Assembly: GCA_964415615.1 (NCBI GenBank)
Contig: CAYQAW010000001.1
Span: forward strand, 40,593 to 104,592
Source: an uncultured Gammaproteobacteria bacterium
GTDB lineage: Bacteria; Patescibacteriota; Microgenomatia; Daviesbacterales; UBA10151
Length of the DNA stretch: 64,000 nt
Direction: 5' to 3'
The notes under the pieces were generated by a model, which was given only the letters and a program-made list of their open reading frames with translations, was not told the origin of the DNA and made no database searches. This document shows positions 1 to 8,760 of the stretch, one piece after another; position 1 is the stretch's first letter; each line of letters starts with the position of its first letter. Both the position numbers and the translations under genes were made by a program.

Positions 1-706
1 CATCTCCTACAACTGCCACAACAGCTTGACCAGTTTTGGGATTTACTACTAACATCTTTCTAAACTTAAAAAAATCTCTATACCTTGGATAATTTTCAGC
101 AAAACCTGGAGACAGAAATGTTTGAACTGCTAAATAATAACGTTCTCTTTGTTTATCAATTTCCCTAAAATCTTTCTCATTAGGAACAAAATAACCCCAA
201 GCCCCTAAACCAGGCGCCATACCAGCATCAGAGTATTTCGCAAAATCTAATGTGCTATCTGCATGAGCATATAAATTATCTCCTGGATATCTATATAAAT
301 GTTGCTCTCCACCGATCAAACCATAATTTCTGTTAAGTCTAATACCATCTATTTCTGTTTTCACTTTAAGACCAAAATTACGGGACAGTATATCAACAAT
401 ATTATCTTCCTCTACTGTAGACAATAGTCTTACTTCTCTGGGTACTTTGTCAGACAAAACTTCTGCAAGCAGAACATTTTGATCATAGCCTTCAAGAACA
501 TCATCACGGCTCACAATCAATTCAGGAGAAGACAACTGCTGCTTGTAAGGCGTAGATAATAACATTAGGCCTCCTAATGACCCTAAAGCTAAATGTTTTA
601 CAGCATCGCCATGCTTTTCCCAAAATTTATTTTGAATGGCCCTGTGACGGACAATCCATTTTTTCCTTAAATATTCATAATGCGGATTTTTGCTGGTAAA
701 TTTCAT
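1..706 (-). CDS. Conserved hypothetical protein, partial (runs off window start); C-terminal part resembles a double-psi beta-barrel (RlpA-like) strand
   Basis: Not in ORF track. ATG at 706 directly after the secD stop; open to position 1: MKFTSKNPHYEYLRKKW...GMAPGLGAWGYF...FRKMLVVNPKTGQAVVAVVGD. Confidence 0.75.
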   Translation of the reverse strand, partial: MKFTSKNPHYEYLRKKWIVRHRAIQNKFWEKHGDAVKHLALGSLGGLMLLSTPYKQQLSSPELIVSRDDVLEGYDQNVLLAEVLSDKVPREVRLLSTVEEDNIVDILSRNFGLKVKTEIDGIRLNRNYGLIGGEQHLYRYPGDNLYAHADSTLDFAKYSDAGMAPGLGAWGYFVPNEKDFREIDKQRERYYLAVQTFLSPGFAENYPRYRDFFKFRKMLVVNPKTGQAVVAVVGD

Positions 707-2026
707 CTATTTAATAATCAGTCTAAGTAATGTCCTGGTTACCACATAGCTTGTAAACATAGAAATCATTACCCCAATTGCCAAAGTTATAGCAAAACCT
801 CTGATTAAAGATGTACCAAGAGTATATAAAATAGTGGCAGTAATAAGCGATGAAACATTGGATGCCCAAATTGAAGACCAGGCTCTTTTAAACCCTAAAT
901 CCAGAGCCAAAGTTTTGCTTTTACCCCAACGTATTTCCTCTTTCATTCTCTCAAAAATTAAGATATTGGCATCAACTGCCATACCTATTGACAGAATAAA
1001 TCCAGCAATTCCAGCCAGGGTCAAAGTAAATTGTAATTGTGGAATAAAAAAGCCTGTTTTAAAGATTGCCAACACCAAAAGAGTGTAGGTAATAAGCGCC
1101 ATATCTGCAATTAACCCCAAAAAACCATAATATGCAGCCATATACAAAGCTATTACTGAAAGACCTATTATACCTGCCACCAAACTTTTATTGACAGACT
1201 CCTGACCTAAAGTTGGACCAATAAAATGTTGGCTAATTAACTTGATTGGTACAGGTAATGCTCCGGCATTTAATTCAATAGCTAAATTCTTAGCTTCTTC
1301 TGTTGTAAACTGTCCAGTAATGATAGCATTCCCACCATTAATCTCTTGCTGAACGTTAGGAGTAGAGATAGGTTGATTATCCAAAAAAATTGCCAGGGGT
1401 TTTCCAATGTTTCTTTTGGTAATTTCGGCAAATTTTTTACTTCCTTCAGCAGTAAATTCGATTGCTACTTCTGGTCCTGACTTTATCCCACGACCCGAAC
1501 CAAAAGTGACTTGCGCCTTTTTCAAATCAGCACCAGAAAGCCCAGTTTGTCTGGCAAAATAAATAATCGGCACTCCAGATTTGGTAGCTTCAATTTCCCG
1601 GTCAGATAATTTAGCGGGTAACTCTCTAAAATCTAATTGAGCAGTTTTTCCTACCAAGTTTGCTGCAGAAGAAGCATCTTTAACCCCTGGTAGTTCCACT
1701 AAAATCCTTCTCTGCTGTCCTATCTTCGACGTTTGAACTACAGCCTCTGAAACTCCATATAAATTAACTCTTCGCTCTAAAACTTGTTTTGCAGATTCCA
1801 AAGCGCTATCCCTATTTTGAGAATCAATCTTATCCATTTGAGTCTCTAAGATAAGCTCTGTACCACCCTGCAAATCTAAACCTAATTTTAAAGGAAAAAG
1901 CCCTAATATATCAATGCTCCTACCCAAAATTTTGAGGGAGGGTAATTGTTTAATAGGAGGAATATCAATCCATAAAGCCAGCACAGTTAAGACTAGAATT
2001 ATCCAAACTAAAATTCGTGGCCTCAT
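707..2026 (-). CDS. secD: Protein translocase subunit SecD
   Basis: LKLGLDLQGG, GALPVP, IGPTLG and GMAVDANILIFER motifs. Confidence 0.97.
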   Translation of the reverse strand: MRPRILVWIILVLTVLALWIDIPPIKQLPSLKILGRSIDILGLFPLKLGLDLQGGTELILETQMDKIDSQNRDSALESAKQVLERRVNLYGVSEAVVQTSKIGQQRRILVELPGVKDASSAANLVGKTAQLDFRELPAKLSDREIEATKSGVPIIYFARQTGLSGADLKKAQVTFGSGRGIKSGPEVAIEFTAEGSKKFAEITKRNIGKPLAIFLDNQPISTPNVQQEINGGNAIITGQFTTEEAKNLAIELNAGALPVPIKLISQHFIGPTLGQESVNKSLVAGIIGLSVIALYMAAYYGFLGLIADMALITYTLLVLAIFKTGFFIPQLQFTLTLAGIAGFILSIGMAVDANILIFERMKEEIRWGKSKTLALDLGFKRAWSSIWASNVSSLITATILYTLGTSLIRGFAITLAIGVMISMFTSYVVTRTLLRLIIK

Positions 2027-2050
2027 TAAAAGATTATACCTAATTATTAG

Positions 2051-2641
2051 TTAAATTACTAAACCAGAAAGTAAATCTTCTTCATCCCCCATAAGCATCA
2101 CCTTAGGTTGCGTTATAACCCGTAAGATAAACGGATCGCGTCTTTTGACCCTAAAGCTAAATTCCGCTTCATCCATAAAAGAATAGTTAATCTCACCTTC
2201 ACGCCTTGCTTGTTCATCAGCAATAATCGCTTGCAACTCAGGTGAAACTATCTGCCCAACCACCAACAGATCAACATCTTCTGTGTGAGAAGATTCGTTC
2301 TTGAGATATCGCGTAGCAATCATCGCGTACTTAATCCGACCCAACTTACCTTTATTTCTAATAATTGCCCCGCCTAACCCGGTTGATTTAGATACCAAAC
2401 CCACTAGTTCCCGATAATAAGTATAATCCTTGCGGAAACGATATAATCTGCGATTCGCCCTCCATTCCGAAGAAACCATCCCAAACTTTTCCATCCTTGC
2501 AAGCTCGCGCCTGACAGCGTTAATCTCCTCACTAACTCTTCTGACTATTTCACGAACATGAAAAAGCGCAACAACAGGTGAAGATAAAAAAAGTTGTAGT
2601 ATTTTTACCCGGACTCTTGAGACAAAAAGTTCCTCAAGCAT
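2051..2641 (-). CDS. Winged-helix (ArsR-like) protein fused to a degenerate nucleotidyltransferase-like domain
   Basis: N-terminal HTH (FHVREIVRRVSEEINAVRREL), DVDLLVVG motif; start moved to ATG 2641 behind an AGGAGGT Shine-Dalgarno. Confidence 0.75.
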   Translation of the reverse strand: MLEELFVSRVRVKILQLFLSSPVVALFHVREIVRRVSEEINAVRRELARMEKFGMVSSEWRANRRLYRFRKDYTYYRELVGLVSKSTGLGGAIIRNKGKLGRIKYAMIATRYLKNESSHTEDVDLLVVGQIVSPELQAIIADEQARREGEINYSFMDEAEFSFRVKRRDPFILRVITQPKVMLMGDEEDLLSGLVI

Positions 2642-2669
2642 TTTAAAACCTCCTTTCCGGGCAGAAAGT

Positions 2670-2705
2670 TTCGCCAACTGGCCCCGATTCAATCGGGGCT
2701 GGCGA
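2670..2705. repeat. Nested palindromic element, copy 1 (intergenic)
   Basis: TTCGCCAACTGG-CCCCGATTCAATCGGGG-CTGGCGAA; near-identical to the reverse complement of 59806-59840. Confidence 0.85.
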
Positions 2706-2706
2706 A

Positions 2707-3888
2707 TCAGTAATTCACTTTTGACCCTTCAGGAACAGTTTGAATCCAAATTTGTCCCCGATTAAATTCTATCTCTTGACCATTTTTGTCTAAGAATTTG
2801 CTCCTGGCAGTTCTGGAAAGCTTACTCCACTTACCCTCCACTACATTACCATCCTGGAAAATGAGCGCCTTACCATTCCCAATTGTTCCATACAACAAAT
2901 GAACATTACCAGGATAACCATCATTAGCATTTGCTTCTTTTTCAAATTGAACAATTATAACCTTAGGAGCAAGTTGAATATTATTATCCAAATCTATATG
3001 ATCTGAACCACCATTTTTTCTCTTGTAAGAATTTGTAGCAGAATCATATATCCAGACAACCTCGTAACCAGGCTGGGATTCCCAGAAATTAACTTTGATA
3101 TTCCCAGTAGCTCCGTCTTCTTTATCGTCTTTAAACTTCCAAGAAATAAAGTTCTTATCCCACTTTATCCCTGCTGAATCCGTAGCTGTCCAACCTCTTT
3201 TGGCTCCCACTTCCCAAAGTTTTGCAGTAGTGGAATACATTGTATGTTCTGTGGCAACCGAACGACCTAATCTTTGATAATCTCTCCAAAAAATAGGAAA
3301 CCCAATACTAAATTGGTTTAAATCATTTACTTCATACCTGATAATCTGACCTAAGGCATCTGCTGGACCAGGAGTATTTGCTCCTCCTACATGAGCATAA
3401 AGCGCATCATACTCTCCTAACCAATCCAAAAAATAAGTTCTCGCTGATCTAACTGGCCCAACTTGAACATCTGACAAGTTACAATAAAAAACTGCCATAA
3501 ATCTGGTAATTCCACCTTCTGCAACTGCCTCGTATACTACATCTGCTGAAGAAAGTCCTGATTGAGGTCTTGATTCTGTGTGATTTTCAATCATCACAGC
3601 CAAAGGTCTTCTCTTGTTCCAGAAATCTGCAGCTTTTTGAGTATGCTTACTACCATTTAATGGACATTCCTCAGTTTTTGGCTCATTTGGATCCTCAATC
3701 AAAGCATCAGTAGGAGTTGGCAATGAAGATACTAAACCTGCCTTGCCAGAAGAAGATTTACCAACTGCACTAAATAATGAATAAGATATGCTTGTTGAAA
3801 CACCATAAAAAAACACTCCTAGAATTATTAAAACTAAAATTCTCTGTAAGCTGTTTAGACCTTGAAATGTACTTACTACTTTATTCAT
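2707..3888 (-). CDS. DUF3048-family membrane-anchored protein
   Basis: RRPLAVMIEN, RPQSGLSSADVVYE, EGGITRF, GPVRSAR motifs; N-terminal TM helix. Confidence 0.85.
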   Translation of the reverse strand: MNKVVSTFQGLNSLQRILVLIILGVFFYGVSTSISYSLFSAVGKSSSGKAGLVSSLPTPTDALIEDPNEPKTEECPLNGSKHTQKAADFWNKRRPLAVMIENHTESRPQSGLSSADVVYEAVAEGGITRFMAVFYCNLSDVQVGPVRSARTYFLDWLGEYDALYAHVGGANTPGPADALGQIIRYEVNDLNQFSIGFPIFWRDYQRLGRSVATEHTMYSTTAKLWEVGAKRGWTATDSAGIKWDKNFISWKFKDDKEDGATGNIKVNFWESQPGYEVVWIYDSATNSYKRKNGGSDHIDLDNNIQLAPKVIIVQFEKEANANDGYPGNVHLLYGTIGNGKALIFQDGNVVEGKWSKLSRTARSKFLDKNGQEIEFNRGQIWIQTVPEGSKVNY

Positions 3889-3892
3889 AATT

Positions 3893-4363
3893 TTACTGTT
3901 CTGTCATTGCTTTTTTAATTACTAATTCTTCTTCCTTTGATAATTGATACTTACTGCTTTTACCCAAAACTATTTCTTTACCAAATACTCTGGTCCCTGG
4001 TCTCGCATGCAAACTAGTAATTACCATTCCCGTTCCAAAGCTATCCAAAAGGCAAATTGTAAAACTTTGATCTCCTCCTGTATCATCATAAGGATTATAA
4101 CGCAATAGTTCTACTCTTTGTATATGCTGCAATCCTTGATCTCTAATTTTTTCTATCTGCACTTTCAAATCAGACAATTCACCTTTAAAACCTTCAATTA
4201 TTTCTATAATTTCTTCAAATTTTTTTCTGATATCGCGACTTCCAGATTTTGGAAAAAGCGATATTAAAAATTTATTCTGCTTCCAAACCAAAAAAGTCAA
4301 AATAATCAACCAAAAAACTATTACCGCCTCAACCAAAACAAAGACGGCCCAATCCGGATACAT
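3893..4363 (-). CDS. DUF4446-family protein
   Basis: N-terminal TM, coiled coil, RYNPYDDTGGDQSF motif. Confidence 0.8.
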   Translation of the reverse strand: MYPDWAVFVLVEAVIVFWLIILTFLVWKQNKFLISLFPKSGSRDIRKKFEEIIEIIEGFKGELSDLKVQIEKIRDQGLQHIQRVELLRYNPYDDTGGDQSFTICLLDSFGTGMVITSLHARPGTRVFGKEIVLGKSSKYQLSKEEELVIKKAMTEQ

Positions 4364-4431
4364 ATGTTACTCTTTCAATATACTTTATAAATATTAACGT
4401 TGTCAACTAAAGCTTTCATCTCTCTTGGTGC

Positions 4432-4460
4432 TTGACAGCCTTATCATATCATGCTAGGCT
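4432..4460 (+). promoter_or_regulatory. Sigma70-type promoter
   Basis: TTGACA-17 nt-TAGGCT with extended -10 TG, upstream of ORF 4488. Confidence 0.55.
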
Positions 4461-4487
4461 CAACTGAGGCTAATTTTAAATACCGTC

Positions 4488-4784
4488 ATGGCTATCCAAC
4501 AGACTAAAAAACAATCAGATCTGGAAAAGCGCCTGCAGTTACTGCGTAAACAAGTCTATGGCAATGAGAAGTTCAGAGTTCAGAGTTCCCCGGCCTCGCT
4601 CCGCGAAGCGGGGCGGGCAGAGTTCAGAGTCGAAAACAAAGGAACTGTAAACTCTTCTAATGATCTTACTTATCTAGGTCAGGATTTATTAAAGATTTTA
4701 ATCTTTTCATCCGCAGCTATTGGTATTCAAATTGTCTTATTTATACTACTGAAAACTAATATCTTGAAACTAAATTTATTTTGA
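4488..4784 (+). CDS. Small hypothetical membrane protein carrying an in-frame repeat/palindrome insert
   Basis: ATG-start ORF with C-terminal TM helix; FRVQSSPASLREAGRAEFRVE derives from repeat DNA. Confidence 0.7.
   Translation: MAIQQTKKQSDLEKRLQLLRKQVYGNEKFRVQSSPASLREAGRAEFRVENKGTVNSSNDLTYLGQDLLKILIFSSAAIGIQIVLFILLKTNILKLNLF
4570..4630 (+). repeat. (AGTTCAG)n heptamer array interrupted by a 30-nt GC-rich hairpin
   Basis: Removing 4588-4617 restores an uninterrupted AGTTCAG x4 array. Confidence 0.9.
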
Positions 4785-4804
4785 AGGGAGGTGAAATTTA
4801 AGTT

Positions 4805-4945
4805 ATGGCACAAATGTATTGTGTTAAATGCCGCCAGAAAAGAGACGCAGAAAACGTACAAGAAGTCACTATGAAAAATGGCAAAAAAGCCTCAAAAGGT
4901 ACTTGTCCAGTCTGTGGTACTTCTATGTTTAGAATTGGTGGCTAG
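4805..4945 (+). CDS. 46-aa basic zinc-ribbon protein (DUF5679-like)
   Basis: Not in ORF track: MAQMYCVKCRQKRDAENVQEVTMKNGKKASKGTCPVCGTSMFRIGG; two CxxC motifs; strong GGGAGGTGA SD. Confidence 0.85.
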   Translation: MAQMYCVKCRQKRDAENVQEVTMKNGKKASKGTCPVCGTSMFRIGG

Positions 4946-4960
4946 TTAGTTCACCATTTT

Positions 4961-5000
4961 GAAAAATCCCACAAAGCCACAAGGTAGAGTGGGATTTTTC
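4961..5000. terminator. Probable bidirectional terminator between the zinc-ribbon gene and rnpB
   Basis: 12-bp inverted repeat GAAAAATCCCAC/GTGGGATTTTTC between convergent genes. Confidence 0.6.
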
Positions 5001-5005
5001 GTGTG

Positions 5006-5269
5006 TGCCTAGGAAGTTAGTAAGCCAGATTCTGTTTCTCGATGATCATTTATCTAACGCTCCTTACTTCAACAAATGGGCAAGCAGCCCTGTTGGTTCT
5101 AGGATTGCAGCGGGGAGGATTGCCTCGTTTCACTCCCAATTTTCATCAGGATTCGTCACTGTTGCTCTATACTAGGCCTTACGGCTGTCGCCTTACGGCG
5201 ACCACCCTGCTTTGTGCTGTCTGGACTTTCCTGTCGCCTAAGGCGACCGATCATCCTTCTTCCTAGGCA
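5006..5269 (-). ncRNA. rnpB: RNase P RNA (compact, about 264 nt)
   Basis: Minus strand has AGGAAAGUCCAG, AGUGAAAC, UAGAUAAAUGAU and AACAGAAUCUGGCUUA universal motifs; P1 UGCCUAGGAAG/CUUCCUAGGCA; TATAAT about 5 nt upstream. Confidence 0.93.
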
Positions 5270-5283
5270 AGTCTATTATACAA

Positions 5284-6252
5284 TTAAATCCTTTTTCCTT
5301 CAATTACTTCAGCTGCTATGATTTGAAATACCACTGCCATTGGAACTGCCAGCAATGCCCCTGGAATACCAAGTAATCTACTGCCTATAGCAATTGCCAA
5401 AATTACCACCAAAGGATTTAATCCCACTGCCCTCCTCATCACTTGAGGCACAATTAGATGATTTTCCATTTGTTGAATTATCAAATACATTGCAGCTACA
5501 CCAACACTCAAAACAGGAGAAATAGTCAATGCCAAAAAAATAGCCGGAATCGCCGAAATTATTGGTCCCATAACAGGTATTACTTCCATAATCCCAGCTA
5601 TTAAAGCAAGCGGTAAGGCAAAAGGAATGCCTAAAATTGTCAAACCTATATAAGACAATACTCCAATCAACAAAGACAAGATTAATTGACCTTGTAACCA
5701 GGCTCCTAATTTCCCTTCAATTTTAATTATAGATCTCCTAATCCTTTCTTCTCTACTTCCAAATAATGAAGCAAAACGGCTTTCAAGATTATCTTTGTCC
5801 AACAGCATATAAAAAGTCAGCACCAGTAAAAATACTATGGTAAGTATATTATCAAAAATAGAAATGGTGATAGAAAATAAATTTTTTGAAAAAGATGTAA
5901 GTTCTGAGGAAAAAACAGACTTATCAATATTGGTGATATTAAAAAATTGAGCTATCAAAGACGGCGAGGCTACTATCAACCTTGTAGTTTGTTCAATTAA
6001 AGGAGGCGATATACTCACAATCAACCCCGCTATAATTACTATTATAATAATGTAGGTAATTGCAATACTTAATGCTTTCGGTACTTTTAATCTGATCAAT
6101 GCTTCTACCAAAGGAGACAAGGCTGAAACAAAAATCACTGCCACAAATAGAATGATCAGAAGATCACGGATTAAATAAGTAACCCAAAGAGCTAATATAA
6201 AAATTGCTGTAAATATTACTGTCCTATGAGAAATATCAATCTTGTGTGACAT
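5284..6252 (-). CDS. AI-2E family transporter
   Basis: Multi-TM, EVIPVMGP, QQMENHLIVP, GLNP motifs. Confidence 0.9.
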   Translation of the reverse strand: MSHKIDISHRTVIFTAIFILALWVTYLIRDLLIILFVAVIFVSALSPLVEALIRLKVPKALSIAITYIIIIVIIAGLIVSISPPLIEQTTRLIVASPSLIAQFFNITNIDKSVFSSELTSFSKNLFSITISIFDNILTIVFLLVLTFYMLLDKDNLESRFASLFGSREERIRRSIIKIEGKLGAWLQGQLILSLLIGVLSYIGLTILGIPFALPLALIAGIMEVIPVMGPIISAIPAIFLALTISPVLSVGVAAMYLIIQQMENHLIVPQVMRRAVGLNPLVVILAIAIGSRLLGIPGALLAVPMAVVFQIIAAEVIEGKRI

Positions 6253-7210
6253 CTGCAGCTTGATGATACCATTTAACTATTACTTTTTCCACATTACCAG
6301 AAAGATATTGATCAGTTATATCAAACCATTCAATATCTTTCTCTTTTTTAAACCAGGTTTGTTGCCTCCGGGCATACCCATGAATTTTTCCTTGCATAAT
6401 CTTAATTAAATCTTCTTTACTAATAATCTTTCCCTCTAAAAAATCAGCCAATATTCCATATTCTAATCCCAACTGCCTCATTCTTCTAAGACTCAAACCT
6501 GCTTTATGTAATCTTTCTGCCTCATGAATCATTCCCTGATTAATCCTAGAAATAACCCGTTCATCAATTCTTCTGTAAAGAATATCCCTGGGAGCATTTA
6601 ACCCAATCTTTAAAAGATTAGCTTGCTTAAATCCTAAATCATAAATCATAAATCTACTCTTTTTCGGTCTTACCATTATCATTTCTATTGCCCTAACAAG
6701 TCTCCTAGGGTTGTGTCTATCAGACCCATTAAGGCTTTCCCATTTATTTTTATCTAGATTTTGTAACTTTTGTTGTAATTGCTCTTTAGAAAGCTCCTGC
6801 AATTCCTTTCTTAAATCTTTATCTACAGGAATAACTAGATTTGGTAAGCCTTCAAGCAATGCTTTTAGATACAAACCAGTTCCACCTACAATAATTGGCA
6901 GTTTCTCTCTACTTAAGATATTATCCACAACTTTGTTTGCATCTTTAACATAATTATAAACTGTATATTGCTGTCTAAAATCCACCACATCATACATCCA
7001 GACTTTTACCCCATCCATCTCCCAAAACCCTTTACCTTTTTCAACTACTACTTGCTTATCTGGAAGCTTACCTGTCCCAATATCTAATTTTTTGTAAACC
7101 TGCCTTGAATCACAACTGACCAACTCTCCATTAAACTTCTTAGCTAACTTTAGAGCTAAATCTGTTTTACCAGTTGAAGTAGGACCCACGATCATCAATA
7201 ATTTATTCAT
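6236..7210 (-). CDS. miaA: tRNA dimethylallyltransferase
   Basis: GPTSTGKT, DSRQVY, VGGTGLY, YARRQQTWF. Confidence 0.97.
   Translation of the reverse strand: MNKLLMIVGPTSTGKTDLALKLAKKFNGELVSCDSRQVYKKLDIGTGKLPDKQVVVEKGKGFWEMDGVKVWMYDVVDFRQQYTVYNYVKDANKVVDNILSREKLPIIVGGTGLYLKALLEGLPNLVIPVDKDLRKELQELSKEQLQQKLQNLDKNKWESLNGSDRHNPRRLVRAIEMIMVRPKKSRFMIYDLGFKQANLLKIGLNAPRDILYRRIDERVISRINQGMIHEAERLHKAGLSLRRMRQLGLEYGILADFLEGKIISKEDLIKIMQGKIHGYARRQQTWFKKEKDIEWFDITDQYLSGNVEKVIVKWYHQAADVTQD
6628..6655. repeat. (TAAATCN)x4 heptamer array inside miaA
   Basis: taaatcc taaatca taaatca taaatct; encodes RFMIYDLGFK. Confidence 0.8.
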
Positions 7211-8760
7211 TAGTAATTTCTATAGATATAGAAGCTGGTAGTACCATCAGGTTCTGAGATACTTCTAGCTAACCGCAAGGAGGATATCTGTGTAGATAAA
7301 TTGCCTATATGATCAAAACGGGTAACAACGATGCTATTTGGATTAAACACTGCTTGGCCTAGTGTTAAAGGATCAAAGAAGAAGGTTTTGCTAAAAAGAT
7401 CCTCTCTATTATGTTTTATTAAATTAAACCGCCAATACCTATCCGTATAATAGTAAATTCTATTGTCAAAATAGATGGTCTTTGCAGATTTTATATTCTC
7501 CTCCGACAGTACCGCATCCTGCACCCCTAAAATATCGTAATCAAACCAAACATACGACCTTGTTCTATAATCGTTAAAATAATCATGCAAGAAAAAAGCA
7601 AATTGAATAGGAACTGAGATTATTAATATTAAAACTAAAATTTTAGCTAATTTATTGCGTGAGAATAACAAAAATTTAACTGCTGAGGTGGCCAGCAAAG
7701 CAGCAAAAGGTAAAATAAATAATTCCTTAGAAGCCCTATATTCGTTTCCTACTAAAGCTGCAGCGCTAGGAGCAGTAAAAAAGCCCATTATAAGCAGCAA
7801 ATTAAACCAGCCTCTTCTTTTGAAAGCCTGGTATATACCTAAAGGGAGCAATATCACAAATGGTAATAAGAAAACTCCAATTTTACCTGTAGAATGAATT
7901 AAACTAGAATCCCCTTTAAAAAATAAAAAAATTGGATCGAAATACTTAAGATAAACTACCACCATTTGAGTTATTCTTGCCGGCGTTAATAGCGTTATCA
8001 AACCTTCTAAAGGATTTAATTTTGTATTATATAATCCTGTATAACGTACTTGATCTGTCAAAGTATCAGGATATTGTGACAACCAAGGGATAAGAGGTAA
8101 CAACGGCAGAATAAAAGCCAATAAAGGAATCAATATTAAAGCCTTGCTTTTTTTATATCTAAGCGAAACAAGCCATAAAGTGAATAGTATATAAATTGGC
8201 ATAATCACCTTTGTTGCATGATAGCTATGTATACCTATACCTAATAAAAGTGTAGATAAAAATAAAAACCACAAGTTTTTTTTGGAAAAAAATAGATGAA
8301 TTAATACCATCCATCCTAATACAAAAGGTATGGGAAAAAGATTATCAAGTAAAATTCTACTCTGAATAAAGTGCACCGGGGTTAAGGCAAGAAAAAATGC
8401 GGCCAGTAAACCTAATTTTTCACTATCAAATATCCTCTTTGCTAAAAAATAAATTAGAATTATATTTAAAAGCCCTATCATAATGCTCGGCAATCTAATA
8501 GTTATTTCTGAAAGAGGTAATACTGTTAAAAAAAGGGCTGTTAGATATACAATTATTGGAGTGGCCCACATTACTCCAAGATGCCAAAAATACAGAGGGA
8601 AAAACCGGCCGTTCTCGTCAAAACCAGTTTTTGCAATCGAATAAGCATTTAAAGAAAAACCTAACTCATCCCGGTTAAGATGCACTGGAACTTTATCTAA
8701 AGAATAAGTATAAAAAAAACTAACTATTATCAGCAGTAAGATTATTTTAATTTTGCTCAT
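7210..8760 (-). CDS. GT-C glycosyltransferase (ArnT/PMT_2-like)
   Basis: DE motif (NRDELG) after TM1, multi-TM, RLPS motif. Confidence 0.8.
   Translation of the reverse strand: MSKIKIILLLIIVSFFYTYSLDKVPVHLNRDELGFSLNAYSIAKTGFDENGRFFPLYFWHLGVMWATPIIVYLTALFLTVLPLSEITIRLPSIMIGLLNIILIYFLAKRIFDSEKLGLLAAFFLALTPVHFIQSRILLDNLFPIPFVLGWMVLIHLFFSKKNLWFLFLSTLLLGIGIHSYHATKVIMPIYILFTLWLVSLRYKKSKALILIPLLAFILPLLPLIPWLSQYPDTLTDQVRYTGLYNTKLNPLEGLITLLTPARITQMVVVYLKYFDPIFLFFKGDSSLIHSTGKIGVFLLPFVILLPLGIYQAFKRRGWFNLLLIMGFFTAPSAAALVGNEYRASKELFILPFAALLATSAVKFLLFSRNKLAKILVLILIISVPIQFAFFLHDYFNDYRTRSYVWFDYDILGVQDAVLSEENIKSAKTIYFDNRIYYYTDRYWRFNLIKHNREDLFSKTFFFDPLTLGQAVFNPNSIVVTRFDHIGNLSTQISSLRLARSISEPDGTTSFYIYRNY

Noticed and set aside
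5042-5266. 74-aa ORF on the + strand
   Set aside because: Antisense to the RNase P RNA.
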